DNA of 34,609 bases from Malacoraja senta. Taxonomy: Eukaryota. Below are positions 1 through 8,780 of the stretch, one piece after another. A program made the translations under genes and the position numbers. The first letter of the stretch is position 1. Every line of letters starts with the position of its first letter. The notes below the pieces were generated by a model. That model was not told the DNA's origin. It searched no databases and saw nothing but the letters and a program-made list of their open reading frames with translations. The stretch spans positions 434,001 to 468,609 of the forward strand of contig JAXLNO010000529.1 in the NCBI GenBank assembly GCA_038087875.1, written 5' to 3'.

Positions 1-225
1 CTGCCTGTACCACGCGACAGTCAGAGTAGGAATGGAGCGAGGTGGAGGATAAATGCGTGGCTGAAGGACTGGTGCAGAAGGCAGGGATTCAAATTTCTGG
101 ATCATTGGGACCTCTTTTGTGGAAGGTTCGACCTGTACAAAAAGGATGGGTTGCACTTGAACCTGAGGGGGACCGATATCCTGGCGGGGAGATCTGCAAA
201 GGCTACTGGGGAGACTTTAAACTAG
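1..225 (+). CDS. 3' end of CR1 LINE ORF1 (SGNH esterase-like domain), cut off by the window start
   Basis: Frame 1 reads LPVPR...RINAWLKDWCRRQGFKFLDHWDLF...YKKDGLHLN...TLN*. The DGLHLN (DxxH) motif is typical of the CR1 ORF1 esterase. Stop TAG at 223-225. Confidence 0.85.
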   Translation: MPVPRDSQSRNGARWRINAWLKDWCRRQGFKFLDHWDLFCGRFDLYKKDGLHLNLRGTDILAGRSAKATGETLN

Positions 226-3200
226 AATGGTTGGGGGGAGGGACTCAAATAGAGAATGCTATTAGACAGTGTGTGAGGCAGGAGGCAGAGAAGGAAAGCA
301 CTCAGACCCAACATGTAGGGGGGAAAGAAGAAAACAATAATAAACAGAGAATAAGAGGTGGTGGGGTTCTTAAATGGGTGAGCAGAGAAACAGAGGGGTG
401 TAAAATGCGGGCGGAAGCAATAGGTAGCAAGGTGAAAGGTAAAAGTGGCAGGCAGACAAATCCAGGGCAAAAATCAAAAAGAGCCACTTTTCAACATAAT
501 TGTATAAGGGGTAAGAGCGTTGTAAAAACAAGCCTGAAGGCTTTGTGTCTCAATGCAAGGAGCATTCGTAATAAGGTGGATGAGTTGAACGTGCAGATAG
601 CAATTAATGATTATGATATAGTTGGGATCACGGAGACATGGCTCCAAGGTGACCAAGGCTGGGAGCTGAACATCCAGGGATATTCAATATTCAGGGGGGA
701 TAGAGAGAAAGGAAAAGGAGGTGGGGTAGCGTTGCTGGTTAGAGAGGAGATTAACGCAGTGGAAAGGAAGGACATTAGCTTGGAGGATGTGGAATCGGTA
801 TGGGTAGAGCTGCGAAACACTAAGGGGCAGAAAACGCTGGTGGGTGTTGTGTACAGGCCACCTAGCAGTAGTAGTGAAGTTGGGGATGGCATCAAACAGG
901 AAATTAGAAATGCGTGCAACAAAGGCAAAACAGTTATAATGGGTGACTTCAATCTACATATAGATTGGGTAAATCAAATTGGCAGGGGTGCGGAGGAAGA
1001 GGATTTCTTGGAATGTATGAGGGATAGTTATCTAAACCAACATGTAGAGGAACCAACGAGAGAGCAGGCTATTCTAGACTGGGTATTGAGTAATGAGGAA
1101 GGGTTAGTTAGCAGACTTGTTGTGCGTGCCCCCTTGGGCAAGAGTGATCATAATATGGTTGAGTTCTTCATTAGGATGGAGAGTGACATAGTTAATTCAG
1201 AAACAACGGTTCTGAACTTAAAGAAAGGTAACTTTGAGGGTATGAGACGTGAATTGGCCAAGATTGACTGGCAATTAGTTCTAAAAGGGTTGACGGTGGA
1301 TATGCAATGGAAGGCATTTAAAGACTGCATGGATGAACTACAAAAATTGTTCATCCCAGTTTGGCAAAAGAATAAATCAAGGAAGTTAGTGCATCCGGGG
1401 ATAACAAGGGAAATCAGGAATAGTATCAAAGCAAAAGATGATGCGTACAAATTAGCCAGAAAAAGCAGCATACCAGAGGACTGGGAGAAATTCAGAGACC
1501 AGCAGAGGAGGACAAAGGGCTTAATTAGGAAAGGGAAAATAGATTATGAAAGGAAACTGGCAGGGAACATAAAAACTGACTGCAAAAGTTTTTATAGATA
1601 TGTGAAGAGAAAGAGATTAGTTAAATCAAATGTAGGTCCCTTGCAGTCAGAAACAGGTGAATTGATCATGGGGAACAAGTATATGGCAGACCAATTGAAT
1701 AACTACTTTGGTTCCGTCTTCACTAAGGAAGACATAAATAATCTGCCGGAAATAGCAGGGGGCCGCGGGTCAAAGGAGATGGAGGAACTGAGTGAAATCC
1801 AGGTTAGTCGGGAAGTGGTGTTGGGTAAATTGAATGGATTAAAGGCCGATAAATCACCAGGGCCAGATAGGCTGCATCCCAGAGTACTTAAGGAAGTAGC
1901 TCCAGAAATAGTGGATGCATTAGTGATAATTTTTCAAAACTCTTTAGAGTCTGGAGTAGTTCCTGAGGATTGGAGGGTAGCAAACGTAACCCCACTTTTT
2001 AAGAAGGGAGGGAGAGAGAAAACGGGGAATTACAGACCAGTTAGTCTAACATCGGTAGTGGGGAAACTGCTAGAGTCAGTTATTAAAGATGGGATAGCAG
2101 CACATTTGGAAAGTGGTGAAATCATTGGACAAAGTCAGCATGGATTTACGAAAGGTAAATCGTGTCTGACGAATCTTATAGAATTTTTCGAGGATGTAAC
2201 TAGTAGAGTGGATAGGGGAGAACCAGTGGATGTGTTGTATCTGGACTTTCAGAAGGCTTTCGACAAGGTACCACATAAGAGATTAGGATACAAACTTAAA
2301 TCACACGGTATTGGGGGTTCAGTATTGATGTGGATAGAGAACTGGCTGGCAAACAGGAAGCAAAGAGTAGGAGTAAACGGGTCCTTTTCACAATGGCAGC
2401 CAGTGACTAGTGGGGTACCGCAAGGCTCAGTGCTGGGACCCCAGCTATTTACAATTTATATTAATGATCTGGACGAGGGAATTGAAAGCAACATCTCCAA
2501 GTTTGCGGATGACACTAAGCTGGGGGGGGGCAGTGTTAGCTGTGAGGAGGATGCCAGGAGACTGCAAGGTGACTTGGATAGGTTGGGTGAGTGGGCAAAT
2601 GTTTGGCAGATGCAGTATAATGTGGATAAATGTGAGGTTATCCACTTTGGTACCAAAAACGGGAAGGCAGACTATTATCTAAATGGTGGCCGATTAGGAA
2701 ATGGGGAGATGCAGCGAGACCTGGGTGTCATGGTACACCAGTCATTGAAAGTAGGCATGCAGGTGCAGCAGGCAGTGAAGAAAGCGAATGGTATGTTGGC
2801 CTTCATAGCAAGAGGATTTGAGTATAGGAGCAGGGAGGTTCTACTGCAGTTGTACAGGGTCTTGGTGAGACCACACCTGGAGTATTGCGTACAGTTTTGG
2901 TCTCCAAATCTGAGGAAGGACATTAAAGCCATAGAGGGAGTGCAGAGAAGGTTCACCAGACTGATTCCTGGGATGTCAGGACTTTCATATGAAGAAAGAC
3001 TGGATAGACTTGGCTTATACTCGCTAGAATTTAGGAGATTGAGAGGGGATCTTATAGAAACGTACAAAATTCTTATGGGGTTGGACAGGCTAGATGCAGG
3101 AAGATTGTTCCCGATGTTGGGGAAGTCCAGGACAAGGGGTCACAGCTTAAGGATAAGGGGGAAATCCTTTAAGACCGAGATGAGGAAAAACGTTTTCACA

Positions 3201-3344
3201 CAGAGAGTGGTGAATCTCTGGAACTCTCTGCCACAGAGGGTAGTTGAGGCCCGTTCATTGGCTATATTTAAGAGGGAATTAGATGTGGCCCTTGTGGCTA
3301 AAGGGGTCAGGGGGTATGGAGAGAAGGCAGGTACGGGATACTGA
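42..3344 (+). CDS. CR1-clade LINE ORF2 (APE endonuclease + reverse transcriptase), uninterrupted frame
   Basis: Endonuclease motifs NARS, ITETW, GDFN, SDH; RT motifs YRPVSL, QHGF, LDFQKAFD, GVPQGSVLGP, FADD; CR1 C-terminus TRGH...RVVNLWNSLP. The true start is probably downstream of 42, which overlaps ORF1. Confidence 0.95.
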   Translation: MEDKCVAEGLVQKAGIQISGSLGPLLWKVRPVQKGWVALEPEGDRYPGGEICKGYWGDFKLEWLGGGTQIENAIRQCVRQEAEKESTQTQHVGGKEENNNKQRIRGGGVLKWVSRETEGCKMRAEAIGSKVKGKSGRQTNPGQKSKRATFQHNCIRGKSVVKTSLKALCLNARSIRNKVDELNVQIAINDYDIVGITETWLQGDQGWELNIQGYSIFRGDREKGKGGGVALLVREEINAVERKDISLEDVESVWVELRNTKGQKTLVGVVYRPPSSSSEVGDGIKQEIRNACNKGKTVIMGDFNLHIDWVNQIGRGAEEEDFLECMRDSYLNQHVEEPTREQAILDWVLSNEEGLVSRLVVRAPLGKSDHNMVEFFIRMESDIVNSETTVLNLKKGNFEGMRRELAKIDWQLVLKGLTVDMQWKAFKDCMDELQKLFIPVWQKNKSRKLVHPGITREIRNSIKAKDDAYKLARKSSIPEDWEKFRDQQRRTKGLIRKGKIDYERKLAGNIKTDCKSFYRYVKRKRLVKSNVGPLQSETGELIMGNKYMADQLNNYFGSVFTKEDINNLPEIAGGRGSKEMEELSEIQVSREVVLGKLNGLKADKSPGPDRLHPRVLKEVAPEIVDALVIIFQNSLESGVVPEDWRVANVTPLFKKGGREKTGNYRPVSLTSVVGKLLESVIKDGIAAHLESGEIIGQSQHGFTKGKSCLTNLIEFFEDVTSRVDRGEPVDVLYLDFQKAFDKVPHKRLGYKLKSHGIGGSVLMWIENWLANRKQRVGVNGSFSQWQPVTSGVPQGSVLGPQLFTIYINDLDEGIESNISKFADDTKLGGGSVSCEEDARRLQGDLDRLGEWANVWQMQYNVDKCEVIHFGTKNGKADYYLNGGRLGNGEMQRDLGVMVHQSLKVGMQVQQAVKKANGMLAFIARGFEYRSREVLLQLYRVLVRPHLEYCVQFWSPNLRKDIKAIEGVQRRFTRLIPGMSGLSYEERLDRLGLYSLEFRRLRGDLIETYKILMGLDRLDAGRLFPMLGKSRTRGHSLRIRGKSFKTEMRKNVFTQRVVNLWNSLPQRVVEARSLAIFKRELDVALVAKGVRGYGEKAGTGY

Positions 3345-3437
3345 GTTGGATGATCAGCCATGATCGTATTGAATGGCGGTGCAGGCTCGAAGGGCCGAAT
3401 GGCCTACTCCTGCACCTATTTTCTATGTATCTATGTA

Positions 3438-3779
3438 TCATCCTGGCCACACACTCATCTCCCGCTACCTTCAGGTAGAAGGTACAGGAGCCTGAAGGCT
3501 GCAACATTCAGGTTCAGGAATACCTACTTCCCCACAGTCATCAGGCTATGAAACTCAACTCAAACAAAACTCTGAACATTAATAGCCCATTATCTGTTTA
3601 TTTGCACTTTATCTGTTTTATTTATTCATATGTGTATATATTTAGACAATGGTATATGGACACACTGATCTGTTCTGTATTCATGCCTACTATGTTCTGT
3701 TGTGCTGAAGCAAAGAAAGGATTTCAATGTCCTAACTGGGACACATGACAATAAACTCTCTTGAATCTTGAATCTTGAG
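3438..3779 (+). mobile_element. 3' fragment of a Rex1/Babar-like LINE
   Basis: Encodes LPSGRRYRSLK...FRNTYFPTVIRL (Rex1-type ORF2 C-terminus), then an AT-rich UTR, acatgacaataaa and a (tcttgaa)n tail. Confidence 0.75.
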
Positions 3780-3865
3780 TCCAGCCATTATCGCATTAAA
3801 TGGTGGTGCTGGCTCGAGGGGCTGAATGGCCTACTCCTGCACTTATTGTCTGTTGTCTATTGTCA
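3780..3865 (+). mobile_element. CR1 3' UTR fragment
   Basis: ggctcgaggggctgaatggcctactcctgcac plus a (ttgtcta) tail, like the other CR1 ends in the window. Confidence 0.7.
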
Positions 3866-4289
3866 AAGATCCTTTCTTTGAATCTGACAAAGTTTTATTC
3901 ATCATAAAACATGAACTCACTTCTTTCCCTTTCCATGGATACTGCTCAAACGGCTGAGTATTTCTAACGTTTACAGTTCTTGTGCTCCTGGTTAGAGAGG
4001 ATTGAAGCTGGAGGGCAATATCCACTCTGTTTTCAGCAGTGCTCATTCAACCATTGTTCCAGGCTTAGACTATGATAGACATTTGTCCACTGTACAGTGG
4101 GAAGTATCACAGCTGAATCAGCTACTTTATCAACCAACCATCAGCTCCCATCTCCTGCCTGAGAAATGTCAGCTGATTGTAACCAAGAAATAGAAACTTG
4201 TGTGAATGTTTACAGTCTCTAACTGATGGCTACTGAGGCAAGTTGTGGCTCTCTGATCTTTCTGAGTAAGGTCAATTAATCTGGGGGAA

Positions 4290-4490
4290 AAAGATACAAT
4301 GTGCTGGAGTAACTCAACGGGTCAGGCGGAATCTCTGGAGAACATGGATAGGTGATGTTTTGGGTCTTGACCCTACTTCAGACTAAAGGGCTGCGACCCG
4401 AAATGTCACCTGTCTAACCTGCTGAGTTTCTCCAACACTTTCTGTCTTTTATTGGTAAACTCTCATCTGCAGTACCTTGTGTCTCAGTGA
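4290..4490. repeat. Penelope-type terminal-repeat foldback element
   Basis: tgctggagtaactcaacgggtcagg...cttcagact followed by its inverted counterpart ...gacccgaaatgtcacc...ctgagtttctccaacac. The same motif family recurs throughout the window. Confidence 0.55.
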
Positions 4491-4624
4491 ATCTGGATCA
4501 CAAGTTAAACTCAAGACTTCTGATCTAAATTAGTCAGTGTGGTTAATGCCTGGTCTTTGGGGGAGCTTTTGAATGATGTCCATTTATTCTGCAAATGTGA
4601 ACTCTGTGTTTATTATTTTGACAG

Positions 4625-4732
4625 GGAATTATTCTTTTATATTCAGATTTGTTGTAATTATCGGAGGTCTGGCTGTTCTCATCGTCATTATACTGGCAGT
4701 GGAGTTCTGTCAAAGAAAGCGCAAGCCTACAG
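4625..4732 (+). CDS. Transmembrane exon of a type I membrane protein
   Basis: Acceptor ttattttgacAG, donor AG|gtaaag, 108 nt, phase 1-1. Encodes NYSFIFRFVVIIGGLAVLIVIILAVEFCQRKRKPT: a hydrophobic helix followed by a basic stop-transfer cluster. Confidence 0.7.
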
Positions 4733-5134
4733 GTAAAGTACATGAAGACATCCTTAATGCAGCACAGATTCCCCAAATTATCAATGACAATGTTATCTTT
4801 GTTACAAAGAGATAAGAACAATATATTTTGGATAAGAAAAGTATCTGTTTGTGCATATGTTGTTGAGAAATTGATTTCAGACTTTTTATTGTCAATTAAA
4901 CCATTATTTATGCAATGTGGATTGTCCTGTCTACATGCGTTGCCATGAGGAGTCTGCTGTATGATTTCAGGTGCTGTTCTGCAATGATCTGACCACGTGG
5001 TGATTGTGTCACCATTCCCTGTGTAAACCATTATCAAATAAACATGCCAGAAGTTGAAGTATAGCTAGTGTAGTCATGTAGAAAATATGGGCTCCAATTT
5101 GCCCTTAATATGTTCCTATTTACTGAGGGATGAA

Positions 5135-5345
5135 TATTGGCCAGGAAACCAGGAGACCAAGGTATCTCCACTGCACTTTGGTGGTTCACGTTCCAAAAGA
5201 TATTGTGTCCCAAGAGGACAGAAGGGGCCTCAGTTTAACAAATAATCTTTAATCTGGTGAGGCCAATGCTGCAGCAATCCCACATGACAACAGAGTGTTA
5301 GGCTCAACTGTGTGTTCAAATTTGGGGTAGTGCCTGAGGGTTTAT
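5135..5345 (-). mobile_element. Old Deu-domain SINE remnant (SacSINE/AmnSINE-like)
   Basis: gaggacagaaggggcctcagtttaac...gctgcagcaatccc resembles the reverse complement of the Deu core as recalled; strongly decayed. Confidence 0.4.
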
Positions 5346-6436
5346 TCTGTGTTGTTGAACAAACTGATCAGACGGGTATCGGGCTATTACAACAGTTCAT
5401 CAAGGTCACTGACACATGGAATACTCAGTTCTTAAAGCTTCCCTTATATTTATATAAATCACCATTTTTTTCCATTAAAAAAATAAACCATTCCAATAAC
5501 TGATCATTAGAAATATAAAATTACACATTGAATATATTAACTGTATGTACAATTATAAATTCAGTTGCTCCTTTACTTGTCATCTTGACTTGTGAAAACT
5601 CTGCAGTGCAAAGATGCATTTGTCCACTCTCCAGATATTTTCAACTCTGCTAGGTACCTCCACATGTTGGCCTTAACTTATTCATGGTCTCCTGTGCCTT
5701 CCCACCCATGTTCTGTCCAGCAATGGCTCTATCGTGGAATCCATACCGTAACTCAAATCCATGCTCATCCTGTGCCTCATATTCTCCATCACCATCTTCT
5801 TGGGCATCCTGTCCATGTAACACATGGTCTATCCATGTAATTTGACTTCTGTCACTCATTCCCATCATTGCACCACCATTTTATTCACAATATTTGACCT
5901 GAACTGAATCCAAATTCTCGGATTATCAAATATGATTTAAACCTGTGCTTCTGGACTATTAATCTCAAAGAGTCTTGGATTAATAGCCAGTTAACCTATG
6001 ACAATCCAAAAGTACATCAAAATAAGCAAACTAAATAATGTACCCATTAACAGGAGTCAGCACAACACATTTGAAAGTACGTTGGAGAGAAACACATCAC
6101 CAATTCTGAATCTGGTAATGTTGGGAAAATTAATTACATATTGTGTTTATCATATTTGTGGAAAACGGAGTTAATGGAATCTCTATTGTGTTTTGTTCAA
6201 TGTGTGAAATTAAATTGTGTGTAAAATCATGAGGGGAATAGATAGGGTGGGTGTGCAGAGTCTTTGACCCAGTATAAAGTAATCAAAAACTAGAAGACAT
6301 AGGTTTAAGTTGAGAGGAACCTGAGTGGCAGCTTTTTCACTCAGATGATGGTGGTTATATGGAACAAGCTGACAGAGAAGGTCGTTGAGGAAGGAACTAT
6401 AACTGCATTTAAAAGACACTTAGGCAGGTACATGAA

Positions 6437-7430
6437 CCACCGGGTGGCGCCGCAATGGCTGCCTCGCCAACTGTCTGTCTCGTCCTTTTCCTTCTTTGAT
6501 GTTTTTTAGTATGTGTTAAATGGATGTTTTAGTGTTCTTTAGCTTTATTTTATGTGGGGGGTGGAGGGAGGTTGGGGGAAACTTTTTTAAATCTCTTACC
6601 TCGACGAAGATGCATTTTTTCCGTATGGTATCTCCATCCGCATTGTGGCCTAACATCGAGGTGCTGGCGGCCTCTTGCTGGGGATTGACTTTGGGAGTTC
6701 CAACCGCGGGAGCCTGAAGGATTTAACATCGTGGAGCAGGTGGTCCCTGTCGGGGATCGACCTTGGAGCTCCAACCATGGGAGCGTGCGGATTTAACATC
6801 GTGGAGCTGGTGGTCCCTTGGTTAGGGATCGACTTCGGGAGCTCCAACCGTGGAGCCTGCGGATTTAACATCGTGGAGCTGGTGATCCCTGTCGGGGATC
6901 GACCTTGGAGCTCCAACCATGGGAGCCTGCAGGATTTAACATCATGGAGCTTGTGGTCCCTTTCGGGGATCGACCTTGGAGCTCCAACCATGGGAGCCTG
7001 CAGGATTTAACATCGTGGAGCACGTGGTCCCTTGGTTAGGGATCGACTTCGGGAGCTCCAACCGTGGAGCCTGCGGAGTTAACATCGTGGAGCACGTGGT
7101 CCCTTGGTTAGGGATCGACTACGGGAGCTCCAAGCCGCAGGAGTTTCGACTGCCCTGACCTGGGGGCTACAATCGTCGGCTGTGGGAGCTTCTATCACCC
7201 CGACTGCGAATGGTTCGACTGCCCCGACCGCGGGAGAATAAAGAGTGAAGAAGATTAGACTTTATTGCCTTCCGTCACAGTGAGGAATGTGGAGAATCCT
7301 TGTGGTGGATGTTTATATTAACTTTTCTGTAGTTGTGTGTCTTGTTGCTTTTTCGAGTATGACTATGATAAATTGAGTTTAATTGCACCTTAATTGGTGC
7401 ACATGACAATAAAATACATTTGAAGCTTTG
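6437..7430 (+). mobile_element. ~1 kb non-coding retroposon with a central ~71-bp VNTR
   Basis: Starts ccaccgggtggcgccgcaatggctgcc; ends with the stem-loop gcaccttaattggtgc + acatgacaataaa. Interrupts a CR1. Confidence 0.65.
6650..7135 (+). repeat. ~71-bp tandem repeat, about 6.5 copies
   Basis: atttaacatc anchors at about 6721, 6791, 6863, 6934, 7005 and 7078. Confidence 0.9.
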
Positions 7431-7453
7431 GAGAAGAAAGGTTAAGGTCATGG

Positions 7454-7680
7454 TGTAGCGGCGCCTGCTGGCGCACGGAAATATCGAACCCGGCGTTGGG
7501 AAGTTGCGGTCACGTGACTCGGGAGGAGCTGCTGTTTTCGTGCGCTTTCGATTTCGCGCCACAGTTGTTTTGCTGACCACCGTTGTGATCAGACGTGTAT
7601 GCAGAGACCTGTTTGCTAAGGAGGGAGTGTTCAATAAAAACTGTTCAGAAAACGCAGTCGTCGTTTCTACATCCGCTAAA
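7454..7680 (+). mobile_element. Solo LTR (227 bp, Gypsy-like)
   Basis: Termini TGTAGCGG...CCGCTAAA (inverted, one mismatch), internal AATAAA, 4-bp TSD ATGG at 7450-7453 and 7681-7684. Confidence 0.75.
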
Positions 7681-7839
7681 ATGGGTCAATTGCAGGCACA
7701 TGGGACTAGCTTGGATGGGGCAACTTGGATGGTATAGACTAGTTGAGCCAAAGGACATGGTTCTCTGCTGTATGACTCTATGACTCTTTGACTTTATAAA
7801 AGGTGAAAACAATTTAAATTGTGCCCTCTCTCTGAACAG

Positions 7840-7907
7840 GTTTGGGCAATCAAAGACAGACAACTCCACCATCAAAAAGAAACACAGAAGTTGAATCTCA
7901 CCTTTAA
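7840..7907 (+). CDS. Terminal cytoplasmic-tail exon of the membrane protein
   Basis: Acceptor ccctctctctgaacAG. A phase-1 join to the TM exon gives GLGNQRQTTPPSKRNTEVESHL*. Confidence 0.6.
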
Positions 7908-7939
7908 GGCAACCTTGAAGAAATTCAGCAGATGGCAGG

Positions 7940-8423
7940 TGTAGTGACCATTTGGCCTGTTTTACATGTCACTGATGATGGCACGTGTCTTTAAATTTTA
8001 GACTGCCCGTTGTATTGTGGGTGGGATTTATGACGTGTTTTTGGGCGTGTTTGGAACTTAGATGCTTGCGCAGAAGTCTAGTTTTTAGATTAGTTTGGAG
8101 AGACGACGGAGAAGGTCAAACCTTCGACCATGTCAATGTTACGGAGACACGAGGAGTTTTGTAATGTTTAAAGTTGCAAGTTGGAATTGAAGGAAGATTG
8201 CAGTAACGAGTCGGAAGAAACTTGGATGTATCTTGCTGTTTACCATCAACAATAAAGCATTTATTCAACAAAAGACTGTGTGTTGAAGCTTTATGAGTGA
8301 AGAAGCTCTGAAGATCTCTGAGGAAGCTTGCATGCGTATCGAAGATATTCCCCTTATCCATTCTCATCCAAATAGCGGCTAGAGTACTCGTTTCTCGAAA
8401 GATAAGTAAAATCTGCCGTTACA
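7940..8423 (+). repeat. BEL 5' LTR (484 bp)
   Basis: tgtagtgacc...gccgttaca, a direct repeat of 12397-12879; AATAAA near 8251. Confidence 0.92.
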
Positions 8424-8428
8424 ATAAG

Positions 8429-8780
8429 TCGAAGGGAACCTCCGGCAGCCGGGTTAAATACTAGTCCCAGAGAGTGGGACAGAAGATTAAATCGAAGGGA
8501 ACCTCCGGCAAGGGGGTTAAATACTAGTCCCAGAGAGTGGGACAGAAGATTAAATCGAAGGGAACCTCCGGCAGGGGGGTTAAATACTAGTCCCAGAGAG
8601 TGGGACAGAAGATTAAATCGAAGGGAACCTCCGGCAGGGGGGGGTAAATACTAGTCCCAGAGATTGGGACAGAAGATTAAATCGTAGGGAACCTCCGGCA
8701 GGGGGGTTAAATACTAGTCCCAGAGAGTGGGACAGAAGATTAAATCGAAGGGAACCTCCGGCAGGGGGGTTAAATACTAG
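8429..8780 (+). repeat. 63-bp tandem array (about 5.6 copies) directly after the 5' LTR
   Basis: Unit tcgaagggaacctccggcaggggggttaaatactagtcccagagagtgggacagaagattaaa starting at 8429, 8492, 8555, 8618, 8682 and 8745. Confidence 0.95.

Larger units (their letters stand above)
1..3437 (+). mobile_element. CR1 LINE (HER1-like), 5' part outside the window
   Basis: ORF1 end, ORF2 and a short 3' UTR (ggctcgaagggccgaatggcctactcctgcacc) with a (tctatgta) tail. Confidence 0.95.
6210..7790 (+). mobile_element. Old CR1 3' fragment split by two nested insertions
   Basis: CR1-like pieces at 6210-6436, 7431-7453 and 7681-7790, ending in a (tatgactc) tail. Confidence 0.7.

Noticed and set aside
42..404. 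N-terminal ~120 aa of the 1100-aa ORF as real protein
   Set aside because: Starts at GTG, overlaps ORF1 in another frame and spans the inter-ORF spacer; recognisable endonuclease sequence begins near 535.
4971..4987. Alternative terminal exon (GAVLQ*) after tgatttcAG
   Set aside because: Possible, but too short to support without transcript data.
5600..5870. His-rich ORF or coding exon
   Set aside because: No clear splice sites; more likely a very old minus-strand LINE fragment, too decayed to call.
8429..8780. CRISPR-like array next to a reverse transcriptase
   Set aside because: Units are head-to-tail with no unique spacers, there are no cas genes, and the context is a vertebrate LTR element.
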